A stretch of 32,568 nt of DNA from a bacterium (GTDB lineage Bacteria; Zhuqueibacterota; Zhuqueibacteria; Oceanimicrobiales; Oceanimicrobiaceae). A program made the translations under genes and the position numbers. The DNA lies in assembly GCA_037446635.1 (NCBI GenBank), contig JBBIIG010000042.1, positions 1 through 32,568 on the forward strand, in the 5' to 3' direction. Shown here piece by piece: positions 7,790 to 16,438 of this stretch (its first letter is position 1; the number at the start of each line of letters is the position of its first letter). Below the pieces are notes generated by a model, which searched no databases, was not told where the DNA came from, and saw only the letters and a program-made list of their open reading frames with translations.

Positions 7790-9256
7790 ATGTCCCAAAC
7801 CACCCAATTCATACTCAACGATCGTGATGTCACCACCACCGAGCCGGCCGGCATGTTGGTGTTGGATTACTTGCGCCGGCGCGAGCATTTGGTCGGAACC
7901 AAAGAAGGCTGCAAGGAAGGGGATTGCGGCGCGTGTGTGGTGCTGGTGGGTGAGTTGAATGGCACGAAAGTGAAATACAAACCCGTCACCTCGTGTCTGA
8001 TGCCGCTCGGCGAGTTGCACGGAAAACACCTCGTAACGGTCGAGGGGTTGAATATGGCGCAGCTCACACCGGTGCAGCAAGCCATTGTTGATGAAGGCGG
8101 CAGCCAGTGCGGATTCTGCACGCCGGGCATCGTGGTGTCGCTGACCGGCTATTTGATGAACGCGGGCACGGCCGTCGATGACGAGGGCATCAAATACGCA
8201 CTCGGCGGAAATTTGTGCCGCTGCACCGGTTACGGCTCGTTGAAACGCGCCGGTTCGGTTCTGATTCAACAATTCGGCAACGGCTCGGCTTTCGCCAAAC
8301 GGACAAAATCAAAAAATTCAATCGCTGAATTGATCCGAGCGAAGGCGCTGCCGGAATATTTCAAATCCATCCCGGCGCGATTAAAAAAAATCTCGAAACC
8401 GCGACTTAAAAATGGCAAGATCGATCATTTCATCGCCGGCGGCACCGACCTCTACGTGCAGCGCGGCGATGTGATTCCGGAAACACGAGTCAATGTTTTG
8501 AATTTACACCCGGAGATGAAAGGCATCACCGTCACAAATGGCAAAGTGAAATTGGGCGCGCTGACAACCTTCGAGGAATTCGCCGATCACCCCGGCATCA
8601 TCAAAATCATTCCGCGCATCAAAGAATACATGCACCTCAACGCCTCGTGGCAAATTCGCAATCGCGCCACCCTCGGCGGCAACATCGTCAATGCCTCGCC
8701 CATTGGTGACATGACCGCGCTGCTGCTGGCGCTGGAATCGACGCTGGTTTTATCGGATAGCGATCCGCTTCGCAGAAAGAACGGGCGAAAGCGCCGCACC
8801 GTGCCGATGAAATCATTTTTCAAAGGCTATAAAATTCTCGACAAAAAGCCTAACGAGATTTTGACCGAGATCATTTTCCCGAGACCCAAAGCCGGATCGA
8901 AAATTCATTTCGAAAAAGTCTCGAAGCGCAAAACCCTCGATATCGCCTCGGTGAACAGCGCTATCAAAATTCGCGCGCCTAAAGGCGTGATCGCGGAAGT
9001 GGAGTTGTCAATGGGGGGCGTGGCGCCCGTGCCGCTGTTTATGAAAAACACCTGCGCGTTTTTGAAGGGGAAGCCCGTGACGGCGCGCTCTATTTTGAAT
9101 GCCATTCAAGTGGCGATGAATGAAATTGCGCCCATCAGCGACATCCGCGGCGCCGCGGAATACAAACGGCTGTTGGTGCGCCAACTCATCATCGCCCATT
9201 TCACCAAACTGTTTCCGGAATTCGTAACCGTGAGGGATTTCTATGAAGCACATTGA
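7790..9256 (+). CDS. xdhA: Xanthine dehydrogenase small subunit (2Fe-2S + FAD)
   Basis: GTKEGCKEGDCGAC, QCGFCTPG, GNLCRCTGY, AGGTDL, QIRNRATLGGN, KVSKR..DI; GGAG RBS favours ATG 7790. Confidence 0.93.
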   Translation: MSQTTQFILNDRDVTTTEPAGMLVLDYLRRREHLVGTKEGCKEGDCGACVVLVGELNGTKVKYKPVTSCLMPLGELHGKHLVTVEGLNMAQLTPVQQAIVDEGGSQCGFCTPGIVVSLTGYLMNAGTAVDDEGIKYALGGNLCRCTGYGSLKRAGSVLIQQFGNGSAFAKRTKSKNSIAELIRAKALPEYFKSIPARLKKISKPRLKNGKIDHFIAGGTDLYVQRGDVIPETRVNVLNLHPEMKGITVTNGKVKLGALTTFEEFADHPGIIKIIPRIKEYMHLNASWQIRNRATLGGNIVNASPIGDMTALLLALESTLVLSDSDPLRRKNGRKRRTVPMKSFFKGYKILDKKPNEILTEIIFPRPKAGSKIHFEKVSKRKTLDIASVNSAIKIRAPKGVIAEVELSMGGVAPVPLFMKNTCAFLKGKPVTARSILNAIQVAMNEIAPISDIRGAAEYKRLLVRQLIIAHFTKLFPEFVTVRDFYEAH

Positions 9257-11579
9257 TGCGGCTGCCCACACCCGCGGCGAGTCCCAATACGTGGACGATC
9301 TGCCACAGCCGGCGAAGATGCTCTACGCCGCCGTCTTTTCGTCCGATGTTGCGCACGGCGACATCATAAAAATTGAAACGGAGAAAACGCGGGTGCTGCC
9401 GGGCGTCGTCGCGATTTTGACCGCGAAAGATATTCCGGGCGAAAATCAGATCGGCCCGATCATTCAGGACGAAACGCTGCTGGCCGATGGCAAAGTGCAC
9501 TACGTCGGCGAGCCGGTGGCGCTGGTGGTGGCAACTTCACCGGAAACGGCTCATAAAGCCGCGAAGCAAATTTCAATGAAAGTAAAAGCACTGCCAGCGA
9601 TCACCGATCCGCGCGTAGCCTTTGCGAAGGGCGAAATCATCGGCACGCCGCGCACGTTTCATTTGGGAGACGTGGATTCGGCGTGGTCGCAATGCGATCT
9701 GATTGTCGAAGGCCGCTGCGACATCAGCGGGCAGGAACACGTGTATCTCGAAACTCAACGCGCCCGTGCCGTGCCGCTCGAAGGCGGCGTCATCCGCATT
9801 CACTCATCGACCCAAAGCCCCGCGGCAGTGCAACGCGCGTCCGCAAAAATTTTGGGGGTGCCGAGTAACAAGATTGAAGTCGATGTGAAGCGCCTCGGCG
9901 GCGGCTTTGGTGGTAAGGAAGATCAAGCGACGGCGTGGTCGTGTCTCGTGGCGCTGGCGGCGTGGCACACCGGCAAACCGGTAGAGTTGGTGCTTTCCCG
10001 CCACGATGACATCAAAATGACTGGCAAGCGCCATCCCTATTCGTCGGATTTCAAAATTGGCGTCACCAAAGACGGCAAAATTCTGGCGTACGAAGTCAAA
10101 CACTATCAGAACTCCGGCGCCACCGCGGATTTGTCCACCGCGGTTTTGGAGCGCACGATGTTTCATAGTACCAATTCCTATTTCATTCCCAATGTGAAAA
10201 TTTCTGCGGCGTGCTGCCGCACCAACTTGCCGCCCAATACCGCGTTCCGTGGCTTCGGCGGACCGCAGGGCATGTTCGTGATCGAAAGCGCTATCGCGAA
10301 AGCCGCAGAAAAGTTAGGCCTGCCCCGCGAAGAAATGCAGTACAAAAATCTCTTGCAGGAAGGCGACATGCTGCCGTACGGCCAGCGCACCGCCGACACC
10401 CGCAGTCGCCTCACCTGGGACGAAGCGGACAAAGCTTACAACATCGCCGCGATTCACAAGCGCGTCGAAAGTTACAACGAAACTCATTTTGAAACGAAGA
10501 AAGGGTTCGCGGTGATGCCGATCTGCTTCGGCATTTCGTTCACCAACACCATGCTGAATCAAGCGAGCTCGCTAGTGCACGTTTACACCGACGGCAGCGT
10601 CAGTGTCTCCACCGGCGGCGTGGAAATGGGACAGGGGCTGATTACGAATCTTGCGGCCATCGCCGCGAAGGCGTTCGGTATTCGTTCGGAGCGCATCAAA
10701 ATTGAAAGCACCAACACCACGCGCGTCGCCAACATGTCTGCCAGCGCCGCCAGCGCCACGACCGATCTCAACGGCCACGCGACGCTGCTGGCCATCGAAC
10801 AAATTTTGGATCGCTTGAAAATGTTGTTGGTGCACGAGCAGCATGTGTCGCACGCGGAAAAAGTCACAATTGTCGATGAGCAAGTGCTTTACGACGGAAA
10901 GCCAACGGGTTGGAATTGGACGAAGTTAGTGCAGAAAGCGTACACCTCGCGCGTGGCATTGTCGGCGCACGGTTTCTATGCGACGCCCGGCATCTGGTTT
11001 GATCGCACCAAAGAGAAAGGGCACCCGTTCGCGTATCATGTTTTCGGAACCGCCATCATCGAAGTGACGGTGGATTGTCTGCGCGGGACGTACGACATCA
11101 ATTCCGCGAAAATCGTGCATGACCTCGGGCGGCCGATCAACGAGATTGTCGATCGCGGGCAAATCGAAGGCGGCCTCGCGCAGGGCCTCGGCTGGATGAC
11201 TCTCGAGGAATTGAAATTCGATGACACCGGCCACTATCTCTCCAACTCGCTGGCGACGTACAAGCTGCCCGACGTTTACTTCATACCCGATCTGCTCGAA
11301 GTGAAGCTGCTGGAAAATGTGGACAATCCCCGCGGACCGTACGGCACCAAGGCCGTGGGCGAGCCGCCGCTGATGTACGGCATCGGCGCGTTCTTTGCGC
11401 TGCGTCACGCCATGCGCGCGTTTCGTCCCAAGGTGGATTTTCCGTTTCATTCGCCGCTGACGCCGGAGAAAGTGCTAATGCAGTTGCACGCGGAAGTGGT
11501 GGAGGAGATGAAGAACGGGGAGTTGGTGCGAAAGGCGAAAAAGGCGAAGACACAAAAGGTTTCCAAAATAATTCTGTAA
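9243..11579 (+). CDS. xdhB: Xanthine dehydrogenase molybdopterin-binding subunit
   Basis: QEHVYLE, RLGGGFGGKE, TAFRGFGGPQG, EMGQGL, GQIEGG, KAVGEPPL. Confidence 0.95.
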   Translation: MKHIDAAAHTRGESQYVDDLPQPAKMLYAAVFSSDVAHGDIIKIETEKTRVLPGVVAILTAKDIPGENQIGPIIQDETLLADGKVHYVGEPVALVVATSPETAHKAAKQISMKVKALPAITDPRVAFAKGEIIGTPRTFHLGDVDSAWSQCDLIVEGRCDISGQEHVYLETQRARAVPLEGGVIRIHSSTQSPAAVQRASAKILGVPSNKIEVDVKRLGGGFGGKEDQATAWSCLVALAAWHTGKPVELVLSRHDDIKMTGKRHPYSSDFKIGVTKDGKILAYEVKHYQNSGATADLSTAVLERTMFHSTNSYFIPNVKISAACCRTNLPPNTAFRGFGGPQGMFVIESAIAKAAEKLGLPREEMQYKNLLQEGDMLPYGQRTADTRSRLTWDEADKAYNIAAIHKRVESYNETHFETKKGFAVMPICFGISFTNTMLNQASSLVHVYTDGSVSVSTGGVEMGQGLITNLAAIAAKAFGIRSERIKIESTNTTRVANMSASAASATTDLNGHATLLAIEQILDRLKMLLVHEQHVSHAEKVTIVDEQVLYDGKPTGWNWTKLVQKAYTSRVALSAHGFYATPGIWFDRTKEKGHPFAYHVFGTAIIEVTVDCLRGTYDINSAKIVHDLGRPINEIVDRGQIEGGLAQGLGWMTLEELKFDDTGHYLSNSLATYKLPDVYFIPDLLEVKLLENVDNPRGPYGTKAVGEPPLMYGIGAFFALRHAMRAFRPKVDFPFHSPLTPEKVLMQLHAEVVEEMKNGELVRKAKKAKTQKVSKIIL

Positions 11580-11605
11580 TTTTTAAATTTAGAATGGAGT
11601 TTATG

Positions 11606-11835
11606 ATGACAAGAAAACTGACCATTACCATCGACGAAGAAGTTTACGAAAGCCTGCACAAAGTTATCGGTCGCGGAAAAATCAGTCAATTTATTGAATC
11701 ATTGCTGTGTCCCCATGTAGTTGATGCAAATTTAGAAAAAGGATACAAGGCGATGGCGCAAGATGAGGCTCGTGAATCAGAGGCTTAGTATGGGCGGAAA
11801 CCACCATCGGAGAGACGATCGATGAAACGCGGTGA
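11606..11835 (+). pseudogene. Antitoxin (RHH-like MazF partner), frameshifted at about 11786
   Basis: MTRKLTITIDEEVY..ISQFIE..GYKAMAQDEARE; tail WAETTIGETIDETR* lies in a shifted frame and overlaps MKRGEV. Confidence 0.7.
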
Positions 11836-11960
11836 AGTCAAAGACATTGATGAAACCGACACTCCCTTTGTTGCTCTTACCATTGAGCTTGATGGCCTCT
11901 TGTTGACCGGAGATAAAAAAACTAAGTGGAAAATTGAAGCAAAAAGGTTTTGATTCTTTT
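11822..11960 (+). pseudogene. Chimera: MazF/PemK first codons fused to a PIN-domain C-terminal fragment
   Basis: MKRGEV + KDIDETDTPFVALTIELDGLLLTGDKK, then A7 frameshift before LSGKLKQKGF. Confidence 0.65.
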
Positions 11961-12033
11961 ACTAGTATCCAAAAATATAGCATCAGAATTGAAACACAAT
12001 TGAACATAGTAACTTAACCTTAAGGAGAAAAGC

Positions 12034-12453
12034 ATGGCTACACGTCAAGCAAGCGCCAAGTGGAACGGCACCCTGAAAGAGGGGAATGGCGTCATGAAAT
12101 ATGGGGAATTTGAAGGCCCCTTCACTTATGCATCTCGCTTCGAAGAGGGAAAAGGCACCAACCCTGAAGAGCTCGTCGGTGCGGCGCACGCGGGATGTTA
12201 TTCAATGTTTCTTTCGGCGCTGATTAGTAAAGATAATTTGAAGCCCACCAGTATTCAAACAACCGCTTCCGTTCATCTTGGCAACGAGGATGGCCCCAAA
12301 ATTACCAGTATTGATCTGGTTTGTGAAGCAAAGGTCCCGGGCCTGGATGCAAAGAAGTTTGCTGAGTATGCTCAAACAGCAAAGGAAAAATGCCCAATTT
12401 CCCGGCTCTTTGCAGGCACACAGATTAATCTCTCGGCCAAATTGCTTGGCTGA
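12034..12453 (+). CDS. osmC: OsmC family peroxiredoxin
   Basis: WNGTLKEGNG, SRFE..GTNPEELVGAAHAGCYSM, AKEKCPISR; AAGGAG RBS. Confidence 0.93.
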   Translation: MATRQASAKWNGTLKEGNGVMKYGEFEGPFTYASRFEEGKGTNPEELVGAAHAGCYSMFLSALISKDNLKPTSIQTTASVHLGNEDGPKITSIDLVCEAKVPGLDAKKFAEYAQTAKEKCPISRLFAGTQINLSAKLLG

Positions 12454-12501
12454 TTTCTTTGTCAGCCTCGAATGCACCCAAGGTGATGTTCAGCCGATTT
12501 T

Positions 12502-12645
12502 ATGGACCTTCTTATTTACAGCATCCTCATCTTCACCAACGACGACCAAAATGGCGTCCTTTGCGGCCCCGCCGTTGCCATTGAAGGTTCACGTATTTTC
12601 GAGATTGACGCGGAAGCAGAGATAAAAGCAAAATACCCAGCTTAA
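12502..12645 (+). pseudogene. Diverged remnant of the ssnA 5' end (47 codons)
   Basis: MDLLIYSILIFTNDDQNGVLCGPAVAIEGSRIFEIDAEAEIKAKYPA* aligns without gaps to SsnA MSLLIHNVLIFTNDDHNLVLSNHAIAIEGARICEVGSEMEMKKKYAH. Confidence 0.88.
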
Positions 12646-12658
12646 GGACTGAATCAAG

Positions 12659-12901
12659 TTGGATGCCCGCAAGCGCTTAGAGAACGAATGTAAATTTGGA
12701 AATTGGGATGCGCTTCCAGATGGCGGGCGCCGTTACTGGTATGATGTAGAAGGTCGATTCGGCTGGCGAGCGCGTTATGTTAAAGGAGTCAACGCTGATG
12801 AGCAAACCGTTCGATTTTATCAAGAAATCTACGATGAAGATAGGAAATTAGTGGAGATTCATGAAAAATATCCAGAAAATAAGGGACATCAGAAAGTTTG
12901 A
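12659..12901 (+). CDS. Small hypothetical protein, first gene of a two-gene TA-like pair (5' end possibly truncated)
   Basis: 80 aa TTG-start ORF with WDALPDGGRRYWYDV..RFYQEIYD; tightly linked to the next ORF. Confidence 0.6.
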   Translation: MDARKRLENECKFGNWDALPDGGRRYWYDVEGRFGWRARYVKGVNADEQTVRFYQEIYDEDRKLVEIHEKYPENKGHQKV

Positions 12902-12904
12902 GGT

Positions 12905-13189
12905 ATGACCATGGAAACGATTACGACTAAAGAGGTCGCAGCAAAATTATCGGCCTATTTGCAGCACGATCTGAGCCTCGCCGATTTGGTAGATTGGGCT
13001 GAAAACGTCATGATGGAAGGCACAATCGAAGGGCCTCATTCTGAAACCGTCCGTGAAATTCTCGCGCGATTGGGGGTTGCGGATGTCAAAGCTTTTGGAT
13101 TGAGTTGGGAAGACTGTGAAGAATTTTTGCGGCGATTGGGATATTCCGTGCAGATAGAGGTCGTCGAGAATTCTATAACCGCTGATTGA
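12905..13189 (+). CDS. Small acidic hypothetical protein, second gene of the pair
   Basis: 94 aa, GAGGT RBS, LADLVDWAENVMMEG..FGLSWEDCEEFLRRLGY. Confidence 0.7.
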   Translation: MTMETITTKEVAAKLSAYLQHDLSLADLVDWAENVMMEGTIEGPHSETVREILARLGVADVKAFGLSWEDCEEFLRRLGYSVQIEVVENSITAD

Positions 13190-13241
13190 CCTGCGATGAC
13201 GCTTTCGATTGGTCAAATAAGTACCGTTTCATCCACAAAAT

Positions 13242-13773
13242 GATAAGCTGATCTATTGACAATTCACTGGGAGTAAAACATGGTCAAATACGAAATCATA
13301 AACAAAATGAATGATTTGCCTGATCATTTAATTCGACAGGTCGGACTACGTTGATTTCTTGATTGCCAAATATGGTGAGAAAAAAAACGACAAAAAGAAA
13401 AGCAAGCGCAAGTTTAAGTTTGATTGGGAAGGCGGCTTATCCGACTTTCGAAATCAGTACACTTCCGTCGAATTGCAGCAGCAAACTTCGGAATGGCGGT
13501 AATGTTTTTGAGAGTTTTAGCGTCAATTCTAATTGGAGGAATAAATCATGGAAGCAATAAGAAAAATAATTAAAATCCAAAACGGCTCAATCTCTCTCAA
13601 AGAATTAGAAAAGCTAAATGGAGAAGAAGTAGAAATTATTATTCTTCCTTTAGTAAGTCAGTCGCAAAAGAAGGCCAAAAATCAAAAGAAAAAATTCTTT
13701 AAGTTTAAAGGCGCAGTTGAATCTGGATTCACAGATACCTCAACAAACGTAGATAAGCTGATCTATGGACAAT
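13242..13773 (+). repeat. 22-bp direct repeat at 13242-13263 and 13752-13773
   Basis: GATAAGCTGATCTATTGACAAT vs GATAAGCTGATCTATGGACAAT, 1 mismatch. Confidence 0.8.
13280..13502 (+). pseudogene. DUF2281-family antitoxin, frameshifted at about 13343
   Basis: MVKYEIINKMNDLPDHLIRQV / DYVDFLIAKY..FKFDWEGGLSDFRNQYTSVELQQQTSEWR*; GGGAG RBS; stop overlaps an ATG (MFL.. stub). Confidence 0.75.
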
Positions 13774-13775
13774 AA
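13548..13775 (+). CDS. Putative antitoxin (VapB-like position)
   Basis: 75 aa, GGAGGA RBS, ends TDTSTNVDKLIYG, overlaps a PIN gene start. Confidence 0.7.
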   Translation: MEAIRKIIKIQNGSISLKELEKLNGEEVEIIILPLVSQSQKKAKNQKKKFFKFKGAVESGFTDTSTNVDKLIYGQ

Positions 13776-14176
13776 TTTTCTTTTCATTGACACCAGCGCT
13801 TTCTATGCATTTTTTGACAGACGAGACAGTAAGCATAAAGAAACCGTACAACAAGCTGAGTTCACGCGAAGAACTGTTTTTTTCACATCGAACTATATCG
13901 TTGATGAAATTGATTTACTTTATTGAGAGTTCGTGGGTTTGAATTTGATCAATTCCGTTCGTTCATTGATGCAATTTGGAGCGAAGATTCCTGTAATCTT
14001 CTTCGGGTTACGGCGGATATAGATGACCAGGCGTGGCAATTCATGGCTAAATATAAAGAACATGATTTTAGTTTTACCGACTGCACTTCCTTTATTCTCA
14101 TGCAAAGTTATGATGTAAAAAAAGGGTTTGTACTTTGGATCATCATTTTCGAATTGCAGGGTTTGAAGTAATTTAA
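13765..14176 (+). pseudogene. vapC: VapC/PIN toxin with two frameshifts
   Basis: FIDTSAFYAFFDRRDSKH..TSNYIVDE / ..FSFTDCTSFILM.. / VCTLDHHFRIAGF*. Confidence 0.8.
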
Positions 14177-14178
14177 AA

Positions 14179-15531
14179 ATGAGTCTTCTCATCCACAACG
14201 TCCTCATCTTCACTAACGACGATCACAACCTCGTTCTGTCAAACCACGCTATCGCCATAGAAGGCGCTCGCATTTGCGAGGTTGGTTCAGAGATGGAGAT
14301 GAAAAAGAAATACGCCCATTTCCAAAAATTAGATGGCGGCGGGCGACTGCTGATGCCGGGACTCATCAACGCGCATAATCATTTTTACAGCACGTTCGCC
14401 CGTGGGCTGGCGCTGAAGCAAGCGCCGAAAAATTTCCACGAAATTCTCAAATTCCTGTGGTGGAAATTGGATTCGTCCCTCGATGACGAAGCCGTGTATT
14501 ACAGCGCGCTGGTGCCAGCGATTTCCGCGGTGAAGCACGGAGTAACCGCAGTCATCGATCATCACGCCAGCCCCAATGCCGTGGCGGGCAGTTTGGATCG
14601 CATCGAAGAGGCGATGAACTTGGTGGGACTGCGCGGCGCGCTGTGTTATGAAATCTCCGATCGCGATGGCAAAGCGATTCGCGATCAGGAATTGGAGGAA
14701 AACGCGCGCTACATCAAAAAATGTCAAAGCGCGAAAGAAAAGAATCCCGATCATATCTTCGATGGCATGGTGGGGCTGCACGCTTCGTTCACGTTGGATG
14801 ACGATTCGCTGCGTTGTGCGGCGGAGATCAGCCAGTCGCTGAACCGCGGCTGCCATATTCATGTTTTAGAAGATGGCGTCGATCGCGAAGAGACGCGCGG
14901 AAAGTACGGCATGGACGTGGTCGAGCGATTGTGTGAGTTTGAAATTTTGAACGCGAAAAGCATTGTGGCGCACTGCATTCATCTCGAAGAAAATGAATTC
15001 GATCGGCTCGCCAAAAGCAAAACGATGGTTGTGCACAATCCACAGTCGAACATGAACAACGCCGTGGGCCGCGCCGACATTTTCAAGTTGCTGAAAAAGG
15101 GCATACTGGTCGGTCTCGGCACCGATGGCATGTCGGCGGATATCAAGCCGGATGTGCGCGTCGCGTATTTGCTACACAAACACGACTTGCAAAATTCCAA
15201 CATCGGCTGGGATGAAACCCAGCAAATGACACTGAAAAACAATCCTCTGATCTTTGAGCGCGTATCGGGGCAAAAAGTGGGACGCATCGCACCGGGCTAT
15301 CTGGCGGATGTGATTCTGGTCGATTACTTTCCGCCCACTCCGATGACCAGCGAAAATTTCTGGGGACATTTTTTGTTTGGCATCGTGGATGCGGTGGTTG
15401 ACACAACAATCATAAATGGTCAGATCGTGATGCAGGGCAGACAGTTGCCAAATATTGACGAAGAGAAAATCGCGGCCGAAGCGAAGCAGTGCACGGTAAA
15501 AGTATGGAAAAAATTTCAAACAAAGTTATAA
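14179..15531 (+). CDS. ssnA: Putative aminohydrolase SsnA
   Basis: MPGLINAHNHFYSTFARG, LWWKLD, IDHHASP, GLHASFTL, HNPQSNMNNAVG, GTDG. Confidence 0.9.
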   Translation: MSLLIHNVLIFTNDDHNLVLSNHAIAIEGARICEVGSEMEMKKKYAHFQKLDGGGRLLMPGLINAHNHFYSTFARGLALKQAPKNFHEILKFLWWKLDSSLDDEAVYYSALVPAISAVKHGVTAVIDHHASPNAVAGSLDRIEEAMNLVGLRGALCYEISDRDGKAIRDQELEENARYIKKCQSAKEKNPDHIFDGMVGLHASFTLDDDSLRCAAEISQSLNRGCHIHVLEDGVDREETRGKYGMDVVERLCEFEILNAKSIVAHCIHLEENEFDRLAKSKTMVVHNPQSNMNNAVGRADIFKLLKKGILVGLGTDGMSADIKPDVRVAYLLHKHDLQNSNIGWDETQQMTLKNNPLIFERVSGQKVGRIAPGYLADVILVDYFPPTPMTSENFWGHFLFGIVDAVVDTTIINGQIVMQGRQLPNIDEEKIAAEAKQCTVKVWKKFQTKL

Positions 15532-15547
15532 TTTGGGAAAATAGAAT

Positions 15548-15748
15548 ATGAGCAAAGCAGATTCACAGTCAAATGCCACTAAACGTGGAGAGAAAGAGAG
15601 AACTGAGATGGCTAAAGCAGATTCCATCTTGGGTTTGTTTGCCGATGAGCCTGACTTGATAGATGAGATCACTAGAAAAGCTATGCAGTCTCGTGAAAAT
15701 CAAACTGGGAGTGGGTTGAAAATGATCGAAAATCTCAAAACCCTGTGA
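15548..15748 (+). CDS. Small hypothetical/antitoxin-like ORF, probably chimeric
   Basis: DSILGLFADEPDLIDEI..AMQSRE; its tail runs into the start of the next gene; MSKADS/MAKADS repeated 60 nt apart. Confidence 0.45.
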   Translation: MSKADSQSNATKRGEKERTEMAKADSILGLFADEPDLIDEITRKAMQSRENQTGSGLKMIENLKTL

Positions 15749-15963
15749 CGGCTGAAGAACAGGCCGAAGTTGAAACCTTTGCGGCCTATTTGCTTGTGCG
15801 TCGAAAGTTAAGAGAAAAACAGCCACTAACCGATGATATTTCGACTGAAGAATTGATGCGACTCGCTGAGAGAGGAGGAAGTTTTGATTGGTTAGACGCT
15901 GAAGCCGAAAATGTTTATACCGTGAAAGATGGCGAGCCCGTCAAATGGCCAAAGAAAACGTGA
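15722..15963 (+). pseudogene. DUF2281-like antitoxin, apparent 2-nt insertion at about 15746
   Basis: MIENLKTL (tg) TAEEQAEVETFAAYLL..GGSFDWLDAEAENVYTVKDGEPV; could still be expressed from GTG 15745. Confidence 0.6.
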
Positions 15964-16013
15964 AAAGGGGCACCGTGGTTTTGGTGCGATATCCAAAGTT
16001 TGGGGAATTGTAA
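15945..16013 (+). pseudogene. MazF/PemK toxin N-terminal stub
   Basis: MAKENVKRGTVVLVRYP then KFGEL*; overlaps the antitoxin end. Confidence 0.65.
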
Positions 16014-16032
16014 ATTCAATTAGAGGGCTGCT

Positions 16033-16236
16033 ATGAAACTAAAAGTTATACTACATGAAGCAGAAGAAGGCGGTTACTGGGCAGAGGTTCCAGCCATTCC
16101 GGGTTGTGCTACACAAGGCGATACCTTCGAAGAACTTTTGAACAATCTTTACGAAGCAGTTGAGGCTTGTTTGTCTGTTGATGTCAGTGAAAAAGAGATA
16201 ACAGACAAAAACAGAGTTCTGGAGATCTTTGTGTGA
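16033..16236 (+). CDS. hicB: HicB-family antitoxin
   Basis: EEGGYWAEVPAIPGCATQGDTFEELLNNLYEAV. Confidence 0.9.
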   Translation: MKLKVILHEAEEGGYWAEVPAIPGCATQGDTFEELLNNLYEAVEACLSVDVSEKEITDKNRVLEIFV

Positions 16237-16438
16237 AAAGTATTTCTGGGAAGCAGTTCGCGAAATTATTGGAAAAGAGGGGATGGGTTCTTAAAAATAT
16301 CAAGGTAGTCATCACGTTTACACGAAGTCTGGAAATCCTGCTCGTATCTCGGTTCCGATTCACGGGAACAAATCTCTCAAGATCGGTTTGCAAAAGCATC
16401 TCATGAAACTGGCGGAAATAAGCGTAGACGAGCTATAA
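16233..16438 (+). pseudogene. hicA: HicA toxin, frameshifted at about 16300
   Basis: MKSISGKQFAKLLEKRGWVLKN / QGSHHVYTK..ISVPIHGNKSLKIGL..; TAA overlaps ygfK ATG. Confidence 0.85.

Noticed and set aside
8752..8780. Small hairpin CGGAT-AGCG-ATCCG in xdhA (SDSDPLRRKNG), possible second in-frame insertion
   Set aside because: The 5-bp stem is too short to distinguish from chance without a homolog alignment.
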